A DNA stretch of 64,000 nucleotides from a virus (lineage: Duplodnaviria > Caudoviricetes), in the IMG/VR virus record IMGVR_UViG_3300023435_000009; one strand, written 5' to 3'. The notes under the pieces were generated by a model. It made no database searches. It saw nothing but the letters and a program-made list of their open reading frames with translations, and was not told where the DNA came from. Position 1 is the stretch's first letter. The number at the start of each line of letters is the position of its first letter. The translations under genes and the position numbers were made by a program. Positions 52,622 to 62,697 of this stretch are shown here, in pieces.

Positions 52622-53224
52622 ATGGCTTGGTCCGGGCAATGCATTTTAGATCCCTCAGAGATCGAAGCCAGGTTTGGGGAAGATCTCGGCCTCGCTCATT
52701 TTGATCGCATCACGGAAGACACTACTGAAGAGGATCAGGCCCAGCTTGATCATGTCCGAGCCGTGATGGATCAACTCCCGCCTCGGGAGGCCGACTTTGT
52801 AGACCTCTACTACTTCAAGAAACTGAAGCAGACCGACATCGCTATGATCTTCGGGGTGAGTCAGCCCACCGTCTGTTACCGCCTTGCTCGTGCCGCTGAC
52901 CGTATCCGTTTCCTCCTCAATCTCCCCCAGGTGGAGCGGGAGGAGATGACCAAAGATCTAGCCAGCTATTTTTCGGATACCCTGGATGTGCAGATAATGG
53001 TTTTAATGTGGGAGACCACTTGTCAGAGTGAGGTGGCGAAGATGCTGGGGGTAACCCAGGGCCTCGTCCGGCACAGGTTCATGCGGACGCTGGCCAAAAT
53101 GCGGTCCCACCCTAAGTTCCTCCGGTACGTTGCCCTCTTCGATTACATCTCAGCCAACCTCAACATCCTGCGAGAGGTTCAGCGTCCTCTGTGGAACGAC
53201 AAACTGCTGCGCTGCATCCAATAG
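52622..53224 (+). CDS. Sigma70 region-4-like double-HTH protein
   Basis: QLPPREADFV.LYYF...QTDIA.IFGVSQPTV; second HTH QSEVAKMLGVTQG. Confidence 0.7.
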   Translation: MAWSGQCILDPSEIEARFGEDLGLAHFDRITEDTTEEDQAQLDHVRAVMDQLPPREADFVDLYYFKKLKQTDIAMIFGVSQPTVCYRLARAADRIRFLLNLPQVEREEMTKDLASYFSDTLDVQIMVLMWETTCQSEVAKMLGVTQGLVRHRFMRTLAKMRSHPKFLRYVALFDYISANLNILREVQRPLWNDKLLRCIQ

Positions 53225-53286
53225 AGCGCTCCCGTTTGTCTGCCTATGAGTGATCTGTGTTGGGAGCTTCCTAAGGAGGGATCTCA

Positions 53287-53592
53287 GTGCCTACGGAAGA
53301 GAAACAGATTGTCATGGCAAAGACGCTGGCCCGGCGTTGGTTGGGCAAGGTGGCGTCTGCGGAATACCGTGTCCGAGTCATGTATAGCTCAAGGGAATAC
53401 CGAAATCTTCCGAACCTTCTCAGGGCTTTCAGGGACGGCAAGGTCAGAATCGCAGGGTTGGCACCAGTCAAGGATATGGGCATTCGGGACGAGTTTGACT
53501 TTGTAGAGGTGTGGTCTAGGGACCATGCCGGTCTCCTCCGGCTGGGCCAGTGGTTTGAGAAACAGGGCTTTGATACAACGGGGATCTGGTAA
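53287..53592 (+). CDS. Hypothetical, probable virion protein
   Basis: AAGGAGG RBS, TLARRWL motif. Confidence 0.6.
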   Translation: MPTEEKQIVMAKTLARRWLGKVASAEYRVRVMYSSREYRNLPNLLRAFRDGKVRIAGLAPVKDMGIRDEFDFVEVWSRDHAGLLRLGQWFEKQGFDTTGIW

Positions 53593-54275
53593 TGGCAGGA
53601 ATCCAGGAACAAGCCGTTTACACCTTCTCCACCACGGCTGGCGGGGCAACCTACCAGTACGACATCATTGTGGACTCCCAGGGTCTCATCTCCGCTCGGA
53701 ACTTCCGAACTCCGTTGGGGTTGATCGTTGATCCCTACACCACACTGCCCGCAATGGTTCTGGAGGACGTCTACAACGCCCAGGACCAGATCACTCAGCG
53801 GGCGACGACGGCAGAGGTGTCCAGCGGGACGCTGACCTGGGCGGGGGAAACCACCCTGCCCATAGTCATTGCCGGGGGCGTCCTCAACAATACTAACTAC
53901 CGTGTGGTCTACACCACCCCCGATGGGACGCCCTTACAGACCACAGGCAAGACCATCACGGGTTGTACCGCCGAGGCCCCCGCAGCCTACGGGACGGCAC
54001 TCGTACCGATCTCGGTGCCCTACACGGTCCTGGTGGCCACGGCCAGCGTCAGCACCTACGGGGGCACGACGACAATCCTGGCGGCGGATAGCGGCGCTGT
54101 GACGATCACTTTTCCCGTTGCAATGACGACCGAAAACTATCGAGTCGTGCTGACGCCCAACGGCATCTTCCCGGTGTACATCTCGGCCCAGACTAAGGCG
54201 AGCTTCACGATCCAGGTGGGCTACACGATGGTGGTGTTGAGTTCCGTAACCGTTGGTTATGACGTGTTTGTATAG
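53592..54275 (+). CDS. Putative structural beta-rich protein
   Basis: Thr/Val/Ala-rich, duplicated NYRVV module. Confidence 0.55.
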   Translation: MAGIQEQAVYTFSTTAGGATYQYDIIVDSQGLISARNFRTPLGLIVDPYTTLPAMVLEDVYNAQDQITQRATTAEVSSGTLTWAGETTLPIVIAGGVLNNTNYRVVYTTPDGTPLQTTGKTITGCTAEAPAAYGTALVPISVPYTVLVATASVSTYGGTTTILAADSGAVTITFPVAMTTENYRVVLTPNGIFPVYISAQTKASFTIQVGYTMVVLSSVTVGYDVFV

Positions 54276-54278
54276 GAG

Positions 54279-54524
54279 ATGACGATGATGACTGAACTAG
54301 AACAAGCGTGGGGTCGGACGATGGTAGCAGCTCTGCCGGTGCCCACCTCAGATGTCCGTAGCAACTACCACCAGATGTCTGACGGTGTGTCTGGTCTGGT
54401 AGACGTTGTTGATGCTGATCCGGTACTTCGTCGGGACCGGCGGTTGCAGGTTTTCATGGAGAAGTTGGTGTCGGCGGAGACACATCTGCGCCGACACCTT
54501 GACCGTTATTATCAGTGGGACTGA
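54279..54524 (+). CDS. Hypothetical protein
   Basis: AGGAG RBS, 81 aa. Confidence 0.55.
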   Translation: MTMMTELEQAWGRTMVAALPVPTSDVRSNYHQMSDGVSGLVDVVDADPVLRRDRRLQVFMEKLVSAETHLRRHLDRYYQWD

Positions 54525-54580
54525 GCAATGGGGCCTACCACAGAGGTGGCCACTACGTTTGGATTTTTGAGGGGTAACCA

Positions 54581-55843
54581 ATGGCTCAAGACCCTATACT
54601 GCTAGATCAGATTCAGATCGAACCGGGTAGTGCCGGGACGAGGCTTATCCGCATGGCTGCGGACGGGTCACTGGAGTTCGTGGACGCTCTCGTAACCGGC
54701 GGCATCACCGTGATGCAACTGGCCGGACTCAAGTCCATGCAGAACGTGCTGGTCGTGGGCAAGGCCGGAGCGGGTGCTGGGTATAACACGATCCAGGCAG
54801 CCCTGGACCTGATCCCCGCATCCAGCAGTCCCAGCAACCCTTACTATGTGCTAGTCGGACCGGGGCAGTACCGGGAGACCATCAACATCGCCCGGAACGG
54901 CGTCTACATCATCGGGTTCGGTGCCGTGCTCCAGTCGCTGGAGGAAGCCACCCCGGATGGTCCTGGGGCCTATCACACGGTTGTGATTCAGGCTGCCCTG
55001 GGGACAATCCCTCAGTTAGTTGTCCTACAGAACCTGGAGATCACCAACGTCCACGCCACCTATGCTGCCGTCCGGGTGGTTGGTGGGGCAGCCTCCACCG
55101 TAGGATCCGAAGGGATCAATCTAGTGGACTGCAAGCTGGCGGCGAATTCAGCGGTGGGGAACCATCCGCTGTGGGCCACGGCATCCAACATCATCCGCAT
55201 GCAGGGCGGCTCTATGTCCGACCCGAACGGCCTCGGTTTGACCGTGATCGAGGAGTGTTCCGAGGTGACCTTGTCCGGGGTGCTGACACCCGCACCGATT
55301 TCCTGTCGGTGGGTCACAACCAACCCGGTGCCCCTTCAGGCGCACGTGGGTCATTTCATCAACGCCTGCCCCCGCCTGGGTGTGGGTACGTCCCTGAGTC
55401 CTCTCGTTGCATTGACGACCTCGGCAGCCCCGAACGAGGGGAACCTCGTGATGTCCGGCGTGGCCGAGGATGTGAAACCCATCAGCATCGAGGTCACCAA
55501 CGGGACGGCCAAGTTGGTGGGGTGCAGTGTCGGTTCTGTTCTGTGTACGGGTGGTGAGGTGTCCCTGGAGCACACCCATGTGGCGAGTATGCTGACGGCT
55601 TCCTCGGGCACGATTGGACGGGAGCGGACGTTCGGCATCGAGGCGTTCGCCGGGGTGGCCACCAAGACGGTCACGTTCACGGCAGAGGCCCCGAGTGCGA
55701 ACTACAACGTAATGTTGGAAACGGACAGCGGCCCAACGAATCCGGGGCCTTGGATCGAGTCCAAGACAGCAACGGGATTCGAGATTCATTTCGCAGGGGT
55801 CGAGACGCTGGCCGTCAACTGGACGGCGCAGCACAACGATTAG
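54581..55843 (+). CDS. Putative tail spike/fibre with pectin-lyase-like beta-helix
   Basis: YNTIQAALD..VLVGPGQYRETINI; beta-helix-like composition. Confidence 0.6.
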   Translation: MAQDPILLDQIQIEPGSAGTRLIRMAADGSLEFVDALVTGGITVMQLAGLKSMQNVLVVGKAGAGAGYNTIQAALDLIPASSSPSNPYYVLVGPGQYRETINIARNGVYIIGFGAVLQSLEEATPDGPGAYHTVVIQAALGTIPQLVVLQNLEITNVHATYAAVRVVGGAASTVGSEGINLVDCKLAANSAVGNHPLWATASNIIRMQGGSMSDPNGLGLTVIEECSEVTLSGVLTPAPISCRWVTTNPVPLQAHVGHFINACPRLGVGTSLSPLVALTTSAAPNEGNLVMSGVAEDVKPISIEVTNGTAKLVGCSVGSVLCTGGEVSLEHTHVASMLTASSGTIGRERTFGIEAFAGVATKTVTFTAEAPSANYNVMLETDSGPTNPGPWIESKTATGFEIHFAGVETLAVNWTAQHND

Positions 55844-55869
55844 GAGCTTCCTGAAGGATGAATAGGAGT

Positions 55870-56068
55870 GTTCATAAATGAGCTTCGAGACTAAGCTGGT
55901 TGTAAGCCGATCTTCAGCGGTGAGTTTGTTCAGCTATCTGTCCCCGGTAAGCACCTCCAGATGTGCTCAGTCGGGAGTTCTGCGGGCGGAGGAGAATGTT
56001 CGATTCCGCACTAAGAGACGGGGCGCAGTTTGTCGAGAGCAACAATTTCCCTTCGGGAGGTGTCTTAA
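55870..56068 (+). ncRNA. omega-RNA (HEARO-like) scaffold of IscB
   Basis: ~200 nt non-coding leader with CACCTCCAGATGTGCTCAGTCGGGAGTTCTGCG and TTGTCGAG; 5' boundary approximate. Confidence 0.65.
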
Positions 56069-57295
56069 ATGACACAGAAAGTCTTTGTGATTGACACTGA
56101 CGGGAGGCAGTTACTTCCCACTCACCCAGCACGCTCTAGGAAACTACTGCAAGCTGGTCGTGCTCAGGTACATCAAGTGGTACCCTTTACGATCCAGCTA
56201 ACCCGTGTCGTTGAGGATCCTGTTGGAGCCTTCACTGTTGGTGTTGACGACGGAGCGAAACACGTTGGCATAGCGATGGTAAACGAGCACACCAAGGAAG
56301 TAGTCTTCAGGGGTACCGTCCGGTTACGTCAGGATGTTAAGCGAAAAATGACACAACGGGCAGCGTATAGACGAACGAGGAGAAGTCGGAAGCTCCGACA
56401 TCGTCCAGCTCGATTCCTGAACCGAGGAAGGAAGGGTTTTTTGCCCCCCACTATTCGTCAGAAGAAGGACAGTATACTTCGGGTGATCAGAGATCTTGGG
56501 AAGGTTCTTCACATTACCAAGGCCGTTGTTGAAGAGGGACAGTTTGACATCAGCAGCCTAGCTGCAGGCAGGAAGTTGGTTGGTGCAGAGTTCCAACAGT
56601 CGGAATACGAGGGTCGGAACTTTCGAGCCAAGGTGCTCTGGCGGGATCGCTACAAATGCACACGTTGTGGTTTTACCGAGTGGCTCCAAGCACATCATGT
56701 CAAACCTAAAAGTGTGGGCGGTGGGAATTCTCCGAACAACGGCCTTACCTTGTGTAGAACTTGCCACAAGGAACTTCATGATGGGTTGTGGGCGTTAACT
56801 GCTAAACCCAAGCGGTTCCTTTATCCTGCCCATTTGCAAGCAGGAAAGAAGTACCTGCGGGAAGGGTTGTGTTCATGCGGGCTTGCCGTGAGCACTTGTT
56901 GTGGATGGATGACTAAGTTATGGCGTGACTTCATAGGGCTGCCCAAGGCGCACGATTTCGATGCTGTAGCGATGGTGTGCCGGAGTTACATGCCAAAGAT
57001 AGTGAAAGGGGCGTTCACTATTATCCCTCGTCGAACTAAGGTGTGGGAAGGCAATCCGACGAAGAAGTGCCATGAACGTAGAGGGTTTCGTCATTGGGAT
57101 TTGGTAAAGGCTAGTCATCGTACCCGTGGGATCGTTGTAGGGTCGGTACGGAGTTTAAAGAAGGCACGTTTAACTTTACGTACTGGATGGGACATTAATT
57201 TTCCCGTGTCTTACAGGAAAACACAGTTGCTATGGCGACCAAAAGGTCTGGTGTACATAAGTACGCTTGGGCTTCCCTGTCCAAGAGCCCTATAG
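56069..57295 (+). CDS. iscB: IscB (PLMP-RuvC-bridge helix-HNH) RNA-guided nuclease
   Basis: LLPTHPARSRKLL, VGVDDGAKHVG, RRTRRSRK, VEEGQFD, CTRC..HH..N.LTLCRTCH, HDFDA. Confidence 0.92.
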   Translation: MTQKVFVIDTDGRQLLPTHPARSRKLLQAGRAQVHQVVPFTIQLTRVVEDPVGAFTVGVDDGAKHVGIAMVNEHTKEVVFRGTVRLRQDVKRKMTQRAAYRRTRRSRKLRHRPARFLNRGRKGFLPPTIRQKKDSILRVIRDLGKVLHITKAVVEEGQFDISSLAAGRKLVGAEFQQSEYEGRNFRAKVLWRDRYKCTRCGFTEWLQAHHVKPKSVGGGNSPNNGLTLCRTCHKELHDGLWALTAKPKRFLYPAHLQAGKKYLREGLCSCGLAVSTCCGWMTKLWRDFIGLPKAHDFDAVAMVCRSYMPKIVKGAFTIIPRRTKVWEGNPTKKCHERRGFRHWDLVKASHRTRGIVVGSVRSLKKARLTLRTGWDINFPVSYRKTQLLWRPKGLVYISTLGLPCPRAL

Positions 57296-57304
57296 GAGGA
57301 CGCC

Positions 57305-57871
57305 ATGAGTGGAGACTTCTGGGAAGAGATGAAGAGTGCCTACGTTGTAGGCTCATCCCTGGATGAGTACCTGGGAGATGGACGCCCCTTCGAGGGGGGT
57401 CACTACACATCGGTACGTACTCTAACGGACTCCTACAGGGAGGCCAATGCCCTAATCCTCCCCGTGGACGCCGGGACCAGGGTCAAATTCCTTGCTAACT
57501 TTGGTTCCGTGATGAGCTACGATGATTTCCCCAGCCCGAAGATTGACGGCACCGTCGTGACGGTCAAGACGGGGACGGGTGTCACGACAGCGCACGAGGG
57601 CCGGGTTTTCGTCCTGTGGGATGATGGGAAGTTCCGACCCATCATGGCAGAGCATCTCCGTCCCGCTGGGGTGACATCCAAGCGAGGGAACGCCGTGAGG
57701 ATGGTTGTGGCCGACCTTGGGGATATCGCTTCCTTCTTCACTCCCGTGACAGGGAGCAGGGACGAGTTGGTTCACAAGGCTACCAAGGATCTCTGGTCCT
57801 TCCGTGAGGACGGAGGCCAGTTCGTGATCGAGCGGCTATTCAATGACAGTGGCGACCCACTGAAGGTGTAG
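57305..57871 (+). CDS. Hypothetical protein
   Basis: AGGAGG RBS, 188 aa. Confidence 0.65.
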   Translation: MSGDFWEEMKSAYVVGSSLDEYLGDGRPFEGGHYTSVRTLTDSYREANALILPVDAGTRVKFLANFGSVMSYDDFPSPKIDGTVVTVKTGTGVTTAHEGRVFVLWDDGKFRPIMAEHLRPAGVTSKRGNAVRMVVADLGDIASFFTPVTGSRDELVHKATKDLWSFREDGGQFVIERLFNDSGDPLKV

Positions 57872-57873
57872 TG

Positions 57874-58860
57874 ATGAAGAAGGACAGACTGGGAACCAAG
57901 TGGGTATTCAACGTGTACCCAGGCCGAATGGGGGTCGTGTACGGTGCCAGGGTAGACGACGAGCCCATCAGAATCGCTCTCGATGATGGTGGCGTTGGTT
58001 GGCGACTTGACTACGGTGGACTGATGGCCCGGATGGGTGGTCCGTGGGAAGCTCTGACCTGTGACGTCTATGACACCCCCCAGGAAGCGGCCAAGGTGTT
58101 GGCAAGGATGCACCAGAGTGGGGCGCTTGATAGACGTCTACGCAGGGCGTCCTTGGAGAAGCAGTGGGGGCCGACAGCCGCTGTCCACAAAGAGGCCAAC
58201 TCGGGATACGACGTCCTGATGACTGTTCTTGACTTGAACTCCTCGGCATACCTGAAGATGCACTCCTCAATTGGGAAGGACGACGAGCAGTCCGCCGATC
58301 TTCTACAGGATGTGATGTCCAAGCTTTCCGATGAGTTGGAGATCTCCAACCGAGCAGAGGGTGCCCTGACCCGGATTCAGGGTGTTGTCAAGAACCATAA
58401 GCACTGGAGTCCTGACCTTCTTCGCAACAACATTTTCAAGGCTGCCAACTCCCTTGGGATACATCTCCCCAGCGGGATGTTCGCCTCCGAGGTTGTGTCC
58501 GCTGTCCATAAGTTGAAGAAGGATCTCAAGGTCAAGAACGGCGACGCTATCCCGATGGGTGTGCGTGTCAAGGTGAAGTTCCTGGGCCGACACAACCGAG
58601 AGGGCAGCCAAGCCTGTCTGGTGGCCGCCAACTGGACAAGCCAGGAGTCAGGGCGTGACTATACACTAGACCCGGTGAAGCTGCGTATCGTGTCCCTTCC
58701 CAAGTTTGTGACGGGTTTCAAGATCCCCTCCATCAGTTCGATGCAGCGACTGGAGGAACAGAAGGGGGTTTCTCTGACCCCAACTGGAAAGAGGGTCGAA
58801 CCTGACGGTTACGGCCCTGATGATTCCCCCAGTTGGATGCTGGTGCTGGGGTATGTTTAA
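57874..58860 (+). CDS. Hypothetical modular protein
   Basis: Modules separated by RRAS, KEAN, MFAS. Confidence 0.65.
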   Translation: MKKDRLGTKWVFNVYPGRMGVVYGARVDDEPIRIALDDGGVGWRLDYGGLMARMGGPWEALTCDVYDTPQEAAKVLARMHQSGALDRRLRRASLEKQWGPTAAVHKEANSGYDVLMTVLDLNSSAYLKMHSSIGKDDEQSADLLQDVMSKLSDELEISNRAEGALTRIQGVVKNHKHWSPDLLRNNIFKAANSLGIHLPSGMFASEVVSAVHKLKKDLKVKNGDAIPMGVRVKVKFLGRHNREGSQACLVAANWTSQESGRDYTLDPVKLRIVSLPKFVTGFKIPSISSMQRLEEQKGVSLTPTGKRVEPDGYGPDDSPSWMLVLGYV

Positions 58861-58910
58861 GCGCTAGTCGTCCTATGAGAGTACGCCAGTAGGACGATCG
58901 GAGGTTTGTA

Positions 58911-59549
58911 ATGGGGACCGACAAAGCCAACGCACTCGCCAGGCGATACCTGAAGCAAGCAGGGATGAGCCGGGTGGCCGGAGAGGTCCGGTTTATCAAG
59001 GACCGGGGCGGCGACAAGAATGAGTGGGGGTGGGGTACTCCTGGTCCTTCCGAGCGGGAGATGAACGAGGGATTCACCTTCAATCCCAAGAACTTAAAGC
59101 CTCTGTCAAAGACCTTGCGGTCCACAGTGGCATCTATGGGGCACGCTCTCTCGGCCTACGACACGTTCACCAGGCTCAAGGCATCTCAGGTGTCCCCTGA
59201 CGGTTCCCTGGGCGGCAAAGGCTATATCCAGAAGATCAATGAGATGCGTCGGCAACTCATGAACGCCATCGAAGCGTTGTCCGCTATCTCCGATACCCTG
59301 CACGACGAGATTCACGCCCCCCACTGGGATCCGGTCAAGGAAGACCAGGACAAACGGGAGCGGGAAGAGGTCAAGGACATCTTGGACGACGCTGATGAGA
59401 TCCGAAAGGATCCCGAGGGCTGGGCTGAGGGGGAGGAAGCAGAGATGGACTCCTCCAAAATCCCCGGTGGGATGGATGCGGAGCCAAAGTCGGAACCGAA
59501 GCCGAAACAGGCGTCTAGGATCAGCATGCATCAGAGGAGGGCAAAATGA
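58911..59549 (+). CDS. Hypothetical, probable virion protein
   Basis: GGAGG RBS; ALARRYL; KQAG, RVAG, KQAS. Confidence 0.65.
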   Translation: MGTDKANALARRYLKQAGMSRVAGEVRFIKDRGGDKNEWGWGTPGPSEREMNEGFTFNPKNLKPLSKTLRSTVASMGHALSAYDTFTRLKASQVSPDGSLGGKGYIQKINEMRRQLMNAIEALSAISDTLHDEIHAPHWDPVKEDQDKREREEVKDILDDADEIRKDPEGWAEGEEAEMDSSKIPGGMDAEPKSEPKPKQASRISMHQRRAK

Positions 59550-61465
59550 GCCCCAAGAACAGTGACTGGATGGATACGCTGGCGGAGTCCTCTTTGCCGG
59601 ATGATGAGTTGACCTTTTCCACAGGTAACAACTACGGGTTGGATGGGTTCCAGTTTGATACCCCCTACGAGACGGGCGGTGACGACGCCCATCTGCCTGA
59701 GACCAAAGGTATTTCGGGATTGCCCGATGGTGCCATCATCATTGGGGACGAGATCGTGGATCTGGACATCCAGGAGTTGACGGAGACCGAGGATGGGGCC
59801 TTCCTGGACACCGACATCTCGGGGGACAAGCAAGCCTCTCTGGTGGACCTGGAGTGGCTCGACCCGACACAGGAGCAGGATCCTGATCGTCTTCCCGATG
59901 GTGCCGCTACCCTGGACTCGAAGTCCCAGCTTGAGGAAGCGTGGGGTACGGACCGGAGGACGGACGGGGTCCATCTGACCCCCAACAAGGATCTGGATGC
60001 GACTCGGTACGAGAAGTCCCTTGAGGAGGGCACCCACTCAGAGCTACCCCCCGAGAAGAAGGCCCAGGTGAAGGAACTGGCGCTCTCCGCTGTCCGTCAG
60101 GCGCACTTCGGACACGCCCTGAAGAAGATCCAGTTGACGTTGTCCCCATTCTCCCAGCAGACCCGAGGTGTTCTGGCGAAGATCCAGGAGGAGCACGGTT
60201 TGATGGGGAAGGTCTATGTGCAAGCCTCCGCTTTCCCCGGCATCAAAAATGGCCAGTGGGTTAAGGAACTTCGCCGTTCGTGCCGCACTGCTCGTTACGT
60301 CATCACGGATGATGAGGCCGTGGCCACTAAGTTGGGCATGCGGATGGTTTCCGATGTGCCCTGGAGGGCAGCGCTGAGGCACTACAGTCCCACGTTCACT
60401 GCCGCAGGGCACAAAATGGCCTCTGGCGACCCCAGGGAGGCCCTCAGAAAGGCTTTCCTGGGCACCCTGGACACACCCGCCCCCACCTCCTACAAGCCCG
60501 TAGTGAAGCCCGCTGTGGCTTCACAGGGTGAGGCCACAGCGGCATTGTCCGCTTCTGTCGACGTCATTACGCCTGTGTCTCCCGAGGATCAGGCACGGGT
60601 GGCCAAGACTCGGAAGGCTTTGGTGCAGATTGCTCGTTGGGTGAAGGGGGGTCGGCTGTCTCAGTTGGACGCCCGTCGCCTGCATGCCTCTTCCACCAAG
60701 GTCCGCCCCGAGGCGCTCCTCGCTTCTGCGGCCAAGCTGATGACAGCGTCTCTCAACGTCCCCATCTACGATGGGACTGGAGCGCAGCTTCCGGCGGGGG
60801 CGCAGGCTGCCCGTCAGACAGTGTGGGCCTCTCTGGAGGGTGAGGATCAGGCACGGGTGGCTAAGACTCGGAAGGCTTTGGTGCAGATTGCTCGTTGGGT
60901 GAAGGGGGGTCGGTTGTCCCAGTTGGACGCCCGCCGTCTTCACAAGCTTTCCACCAAGGTCATCCCTGAGGTGCTTCTTGCCTCTGCTGCCAAGCTGATG
61001 ACGGCTTCCCCCAGTGTTTCTGTTTATGATGGGACTGGAGCGCAGCTTCCGGCGGGGGCACAGGCTGCCCGTCAGACAGTGTGGGCCTCCCCGGAGGATC
61101 CGGGTGCAGCCGTTCAGGTCACAATGGACACACGGGCCAAGGTTGCTCTGAGGAAGGCGGTGGCCAAGGGCCTCCTGACATCCAAGGAGGCGGTACGGAT
61201 CGCTAAGAAGGCGGGTGACTCTGCCGAGGTGCCCACACTCATCGCAGCGGTCATTAGTGCGAAGAACCGGGGTGATGACCGGGATGTTGTGACAGCAAAG
61301 GTTCTCAAGCAGGCCGATGATCCCTCTGAGGAGGCTCTGACGGGCCTGTTCGATCCAGAGGAGTATGACCTGAACAATGAGGACGCAATGGACTTTGGAC
61401 TGGACGAGACGATCTCTGCGGAACACCTGGGTGAGGTTCTCTTCGGTTCCGGTCCTGAACTGTGA
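59546..61465 (+). CDS. Hypothetical protein with acidic termini and an internal tandem duplication
   Basis: 639 aa, ATGA coupling. Confidence 0.7.
   Translation: MSPKNSDWMDTLAESSLPDDELTFSTGNNYGLDGFQFDTPYETGGDDAHLPETKGISGLPDGAIIIGDEIVDLDIQELTETEDGAFLDTDISGDKQASLVDLEWLDPTQEQDPDRLPDGAATLDSKSQLEEAWGTDRRTDGVHLTPNKDLDATRYEKSLEEGTHSELPPEKKAQVKELALSAVRQAHFGHALKKIQLTLSPFSQQTRGVLAKIQEEHGLMGKVYVQASAFPGIKNGQWVKELRRSCRTARYVITDDEAVATKLGMRMVSDVPWRAALRHYSPTFTAAGHKMASGDPREALRKAFLGTLDTPAPTSYKPVVKPAVASQGEATAALSASVDVITPVSPEDQARVAKTRKALVQIARWVKGGRLSQLDARRLHASSTKVRPEALLASAAKLMTASLNVPIYDGTGAQLPAGAQAARQTVWASLEGEDQARVAKTRKALVQIARWVKGGRLSQLDARRLHKLSTKVIPEVLLASAAKLMTASPSVSVYDGTGAQLPAGAQAARQTVWASPEDPGAAVQVTMDTRAKVALRKAVAKGLLTSKEAVRIAKKAGDSAEVPTLIAAVISAKNRGDDRDVVTAKVLKQADDPSEEALTGLFDPEEYDLNNEDAMDFGLDETISAEHLGEVLFGSGPEL
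60584..61089 (+). repeat. In-frame tandem duplication, 258-nt period
   Basis: Copies start at 60584 and 60842; near-identical ends, diverged middle. Confidence 0.9.
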
Positions 61466-61473
61466 GGTGACCG

Positions 61474-62001
61474 ATGACAATCCGTAAAGTTACCTCACCG
61501 GGTAACTTCAGAATGCTGCTGGGCACCCGAGCCGAGTGTTTCGATCCGGCCTGGGATGGTTATACCATCCCGACCCCGAGGACTACGGTGGATCAGGGTG
61601 TGGTGGTCAAGGGCGGCACCAACAGGAACGCTCGAATCACAGGCACTGCACCCCCAGTGGGGCAGACGGCTGTTTTTACCGTGGCCGATAATGATTTCAC
61701 CACGGGGAGGGCTGAGGTTCACATCGGGAACGTGCGCCTTCTCAGCGTGCTCGACTTTGTCATAGGGGCCGGTGTCAATAACACCGCCACCAACATTGCT
61801 GTGGCGATCAGCACCTTGGAGGACTTCGCCGCTGTTGCTGTAGGGGCTGTTGTGACCGTGACATATTTGCCTCCGCTGGATGAGGTGACTTTCCGGGTGG
61901 CTCACTACGGGACCGTCACCAATTTCACGCCGCTGGTTCCCGCCACCGGCTTTATGACGAGTACAGGTGACCCCGTCATTGGTCCTCCTTTGTTCACATA
62001 A
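61474..62001 (+). CDS. Putative structural beta-rich protein
   Basis: GAGGTG RBS; Thr/Val/Gly-rich. Confidence 0.55.
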   Translation: MTIRKVTSPGNFRMLLGTRAECFDPAWDGYTIPTPRTTVDQGVVVKGGTNRNARITGTAPPVGQTAVFTVADNDFTTGRAEVHIGNVRLLSVLDFVIGAGVNNTATNIAVAISTLEDFAAVAVGAVVTVTYLPPLDEVTFRVAHYGTVTNFTPLVPATGFMTSTGDPVIGPPLFT

Positions 62002-62011
62002 GAGGCAGCCC

Positions 62012-62689
62012 ATGGCACGTCGTAGTAAAGAGAAAGAAGAGCAGGAAAGACTGCTCGCCTTGGTTCCTGACACAGCTAAGTACGTTCAGGTACTCTCAGA
62101 AAAGGGTGAGCAGAAGTACCGGCTCATCCAGGATTTGGCGACTACCGACGTCATTCAAACGGGCAGGGATGGAAAACCCATCGTAATGAAGGGCAAACCG
62201 GGCCGTCCCAAGAGTGTCATCTTGGCTCCTATTAATTCCGTTGTTGCTGAAATGGTGAAGCGGAAGCAAGAGGCCATCGTTAAGGACAAGGTGCTTTTGG
62301 CTGTCCAGGCAAGTCCCGAGGACACCGCCGTTCTCCATCAGGTGCTGTTGGCCCTGGGTGAGGAAGCGGCCAGCCTGGGGTTCGACCGGACAGAGGCCGA
62401 GCGTGGGGGTAAGGAGACGTCCAACATCTCAGTCAGACGGGTCAACACCCTGAAGGCTATCGTGGACACCTGGCTCAAGCGCAAGGATCAAATCGTGAGC
62501 CGGGGTGTGGATCTGCAAGCCCCAGCTTTCAAGACACTGCTCAAGTTCCTGCTCGAAACTTTCAGGGAGGCCATGGCGGACTCTGGCGAACGTCCCGAGA
62601 TGGTTGAGACTGTTTTTGCTAGGTTGGCTGAGGCCATGGACGATGGCTGGGAAGTAGAGGCCAAGAGCAGGATGAAAAATGACATCTAG
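62012..62689 (+). CDS. Helical protein upstream of terL (possible small terminase subunit)
   Basis: Position and helical character only. Confidence 0.4.
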   Translation: MARRSKEKEEQERLLALVPDTAKYVQVLSEKGEQKYRLIQDLATTDVIQTGRDGKPIVMKGKPGRPKSVILAPINSVVAEMVKRKQEAIVKDKVLLAVQASPEDTAVLHQVLLALGEEAASLGFDRTEAERGGKETSNISVRRVNTLKAIVDTWLKRKDQIVSRGVDLQAPAFKTLLKFLLETFREAMADSGERPEMVETVFARLAEAMDDGWEVEAKSRMKNDI

Positions 62690-62697
62690 GGGGCTTT

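Noticed and set aside
53263-55860. GGAGCTTCCT..AAGGA similarity (53263 and 55843) as an IscB self-target
   Set aside because: The match is short and gapped, with no TAM-like sequence following at 53263; more likely a shared RBS-region motif
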